DNA of 64,000 bases from Macrostomum lignano (lineage: Eukaryota), in the NCBI GenBank assembly GCA_002269645.1, contig NIVC01003966.1:1-64000 (forward strand). The letters run 5' to 3'. A model generated the notes under the pieces. It did no database searches and was not told the origin of the DNA. It was given only the letters and a program-made list of their open reading frames with translations. The translations under genes and the position numbers were made by a program. Numbering within the stretch: the stretch's first letter is position 1; each line of letters starts with the position of its first letter. This document shows, piece by piece, positions 63,018 to 64,000 of this stretch.

Positions 63018-64000
63018 GTGAGTTTTGTGTACATTCGGATCTGCTAAAATGTGTCTTCGAGAATGTTTAAACGTACTCACGGTCGTACATGTACATGTAC
63101 AGCCTGCCGCTCCTCTCCCTGCCGCTTGTTCATTCTGGTCCGTCCCTCATCTTAAAGCTGCAATTCTTGTTGTCCTTTGGTTTTCTTGTTGCTGTTCCCT
63201 TTCCGTTTCTCTCTCGTTTGGGCTCGTCCAATCAGGTCTCTAGCCGCAGAGGCACTGATTTGCTAGCCTTCCCCCTTCTCTCTCTCTCACCCTTCAACTC
63301 AGTGAGTTTTCCCTCCCACTTCCAGCCACCACATGGCTTAGCCCCACTCAGCCCCTTTCTCATTCCACCCTCTCACCCCACCGGTTGCAGTATTTACGAG
63401 CATATACACACCCGGCTCTCGCCCCCTGCTCTCTTTCTATCCTCTAACCCTTCGCATGCTTAAGTTAGTGAAAGGAAAATGAAATATTTATTAGAAATAT
63501 AGAAGCGAAACGAAGTCAGCTATCCCGGTAAGACAAAGCGTTATGCTCTTCGTTTATTTTTCTATCTCCTTCTAAATTCTTTCTTCCCCTCACAGTCTTC
63601 ACTCGAGCATGCGAAGCGTCTGTAGCCTCCACAAAAGTGTCCAGCTCTCTGGTGCTGCTGAGTGGTAGCCTTATCATTCGCACCTCCCTCTTGTCGTAGG
63701 GCTGGACGAGTTTCAGTAGGCTTTCTGTACGACTCAGAGGGTCTTCGCTCTCACACCTAGGCAGAAAGACCCCCTGGGCAGTCCAGTACCCTAACCCAGA
63801 TCATCCCGTATGCTGTCCGCACAGACGGAAGCGGGAAAATACAACACATGTTTAATATAGATTGTACGTGTACTGATTCAGTTCAAAGATGATATGCTTT
63901 GTAAAATTACTTCAGTTTGCGAAAGCTACAAGCTGATAACCGATGGCAGTGGTGAGATCAGCAGCCACCAAGGCGCAGGTGCATTGCCTTACATAAGAGG

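Overview
Eukaryotic (metazoan) genomic DNA with GC-rich, Ala/Ser-rich exons and AT-rich, minisatellite-filled introns. This style suggests a free-living flatworm such as Macrostomum, but the organism is an inference. I reconstructed eight spliced genes by hand using GT-AG junctions, phase continuity and CDS length divisible by 3. On the + strand: MAU2/Scc4, a secreted fibrinogen-related protein, a DUF1647-like type II membrane protein, FBXO21, a small-exon single-pass membrane protein absent from the ORF track, and a secreted multi-CUB gene (8 CUB exons, 3 frameshifts, probably continuing past the last exon found). On the - strand: an SLC25A45-like mitochondrial carrier and a small death-domain-only protein. 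Mobile DNA includes an apparently full-length LOA/R1-type LINE flanked by an unusual 1,270-bp direct duplication and a decayed PIF/Harbinger element with a CACTA/EnSpm-like element nested inside it. There is also a hAT element whose subterminal motif has expanded into a minisatellite, mariner-, MULE- and hAT-type MITEs, a Helitron-like hairpin end and a possible Gypsy relic. Most long ORFs in the supplied track are translations of tandem repeats, not genes. All coordinates were read by eye and no database searches were run.
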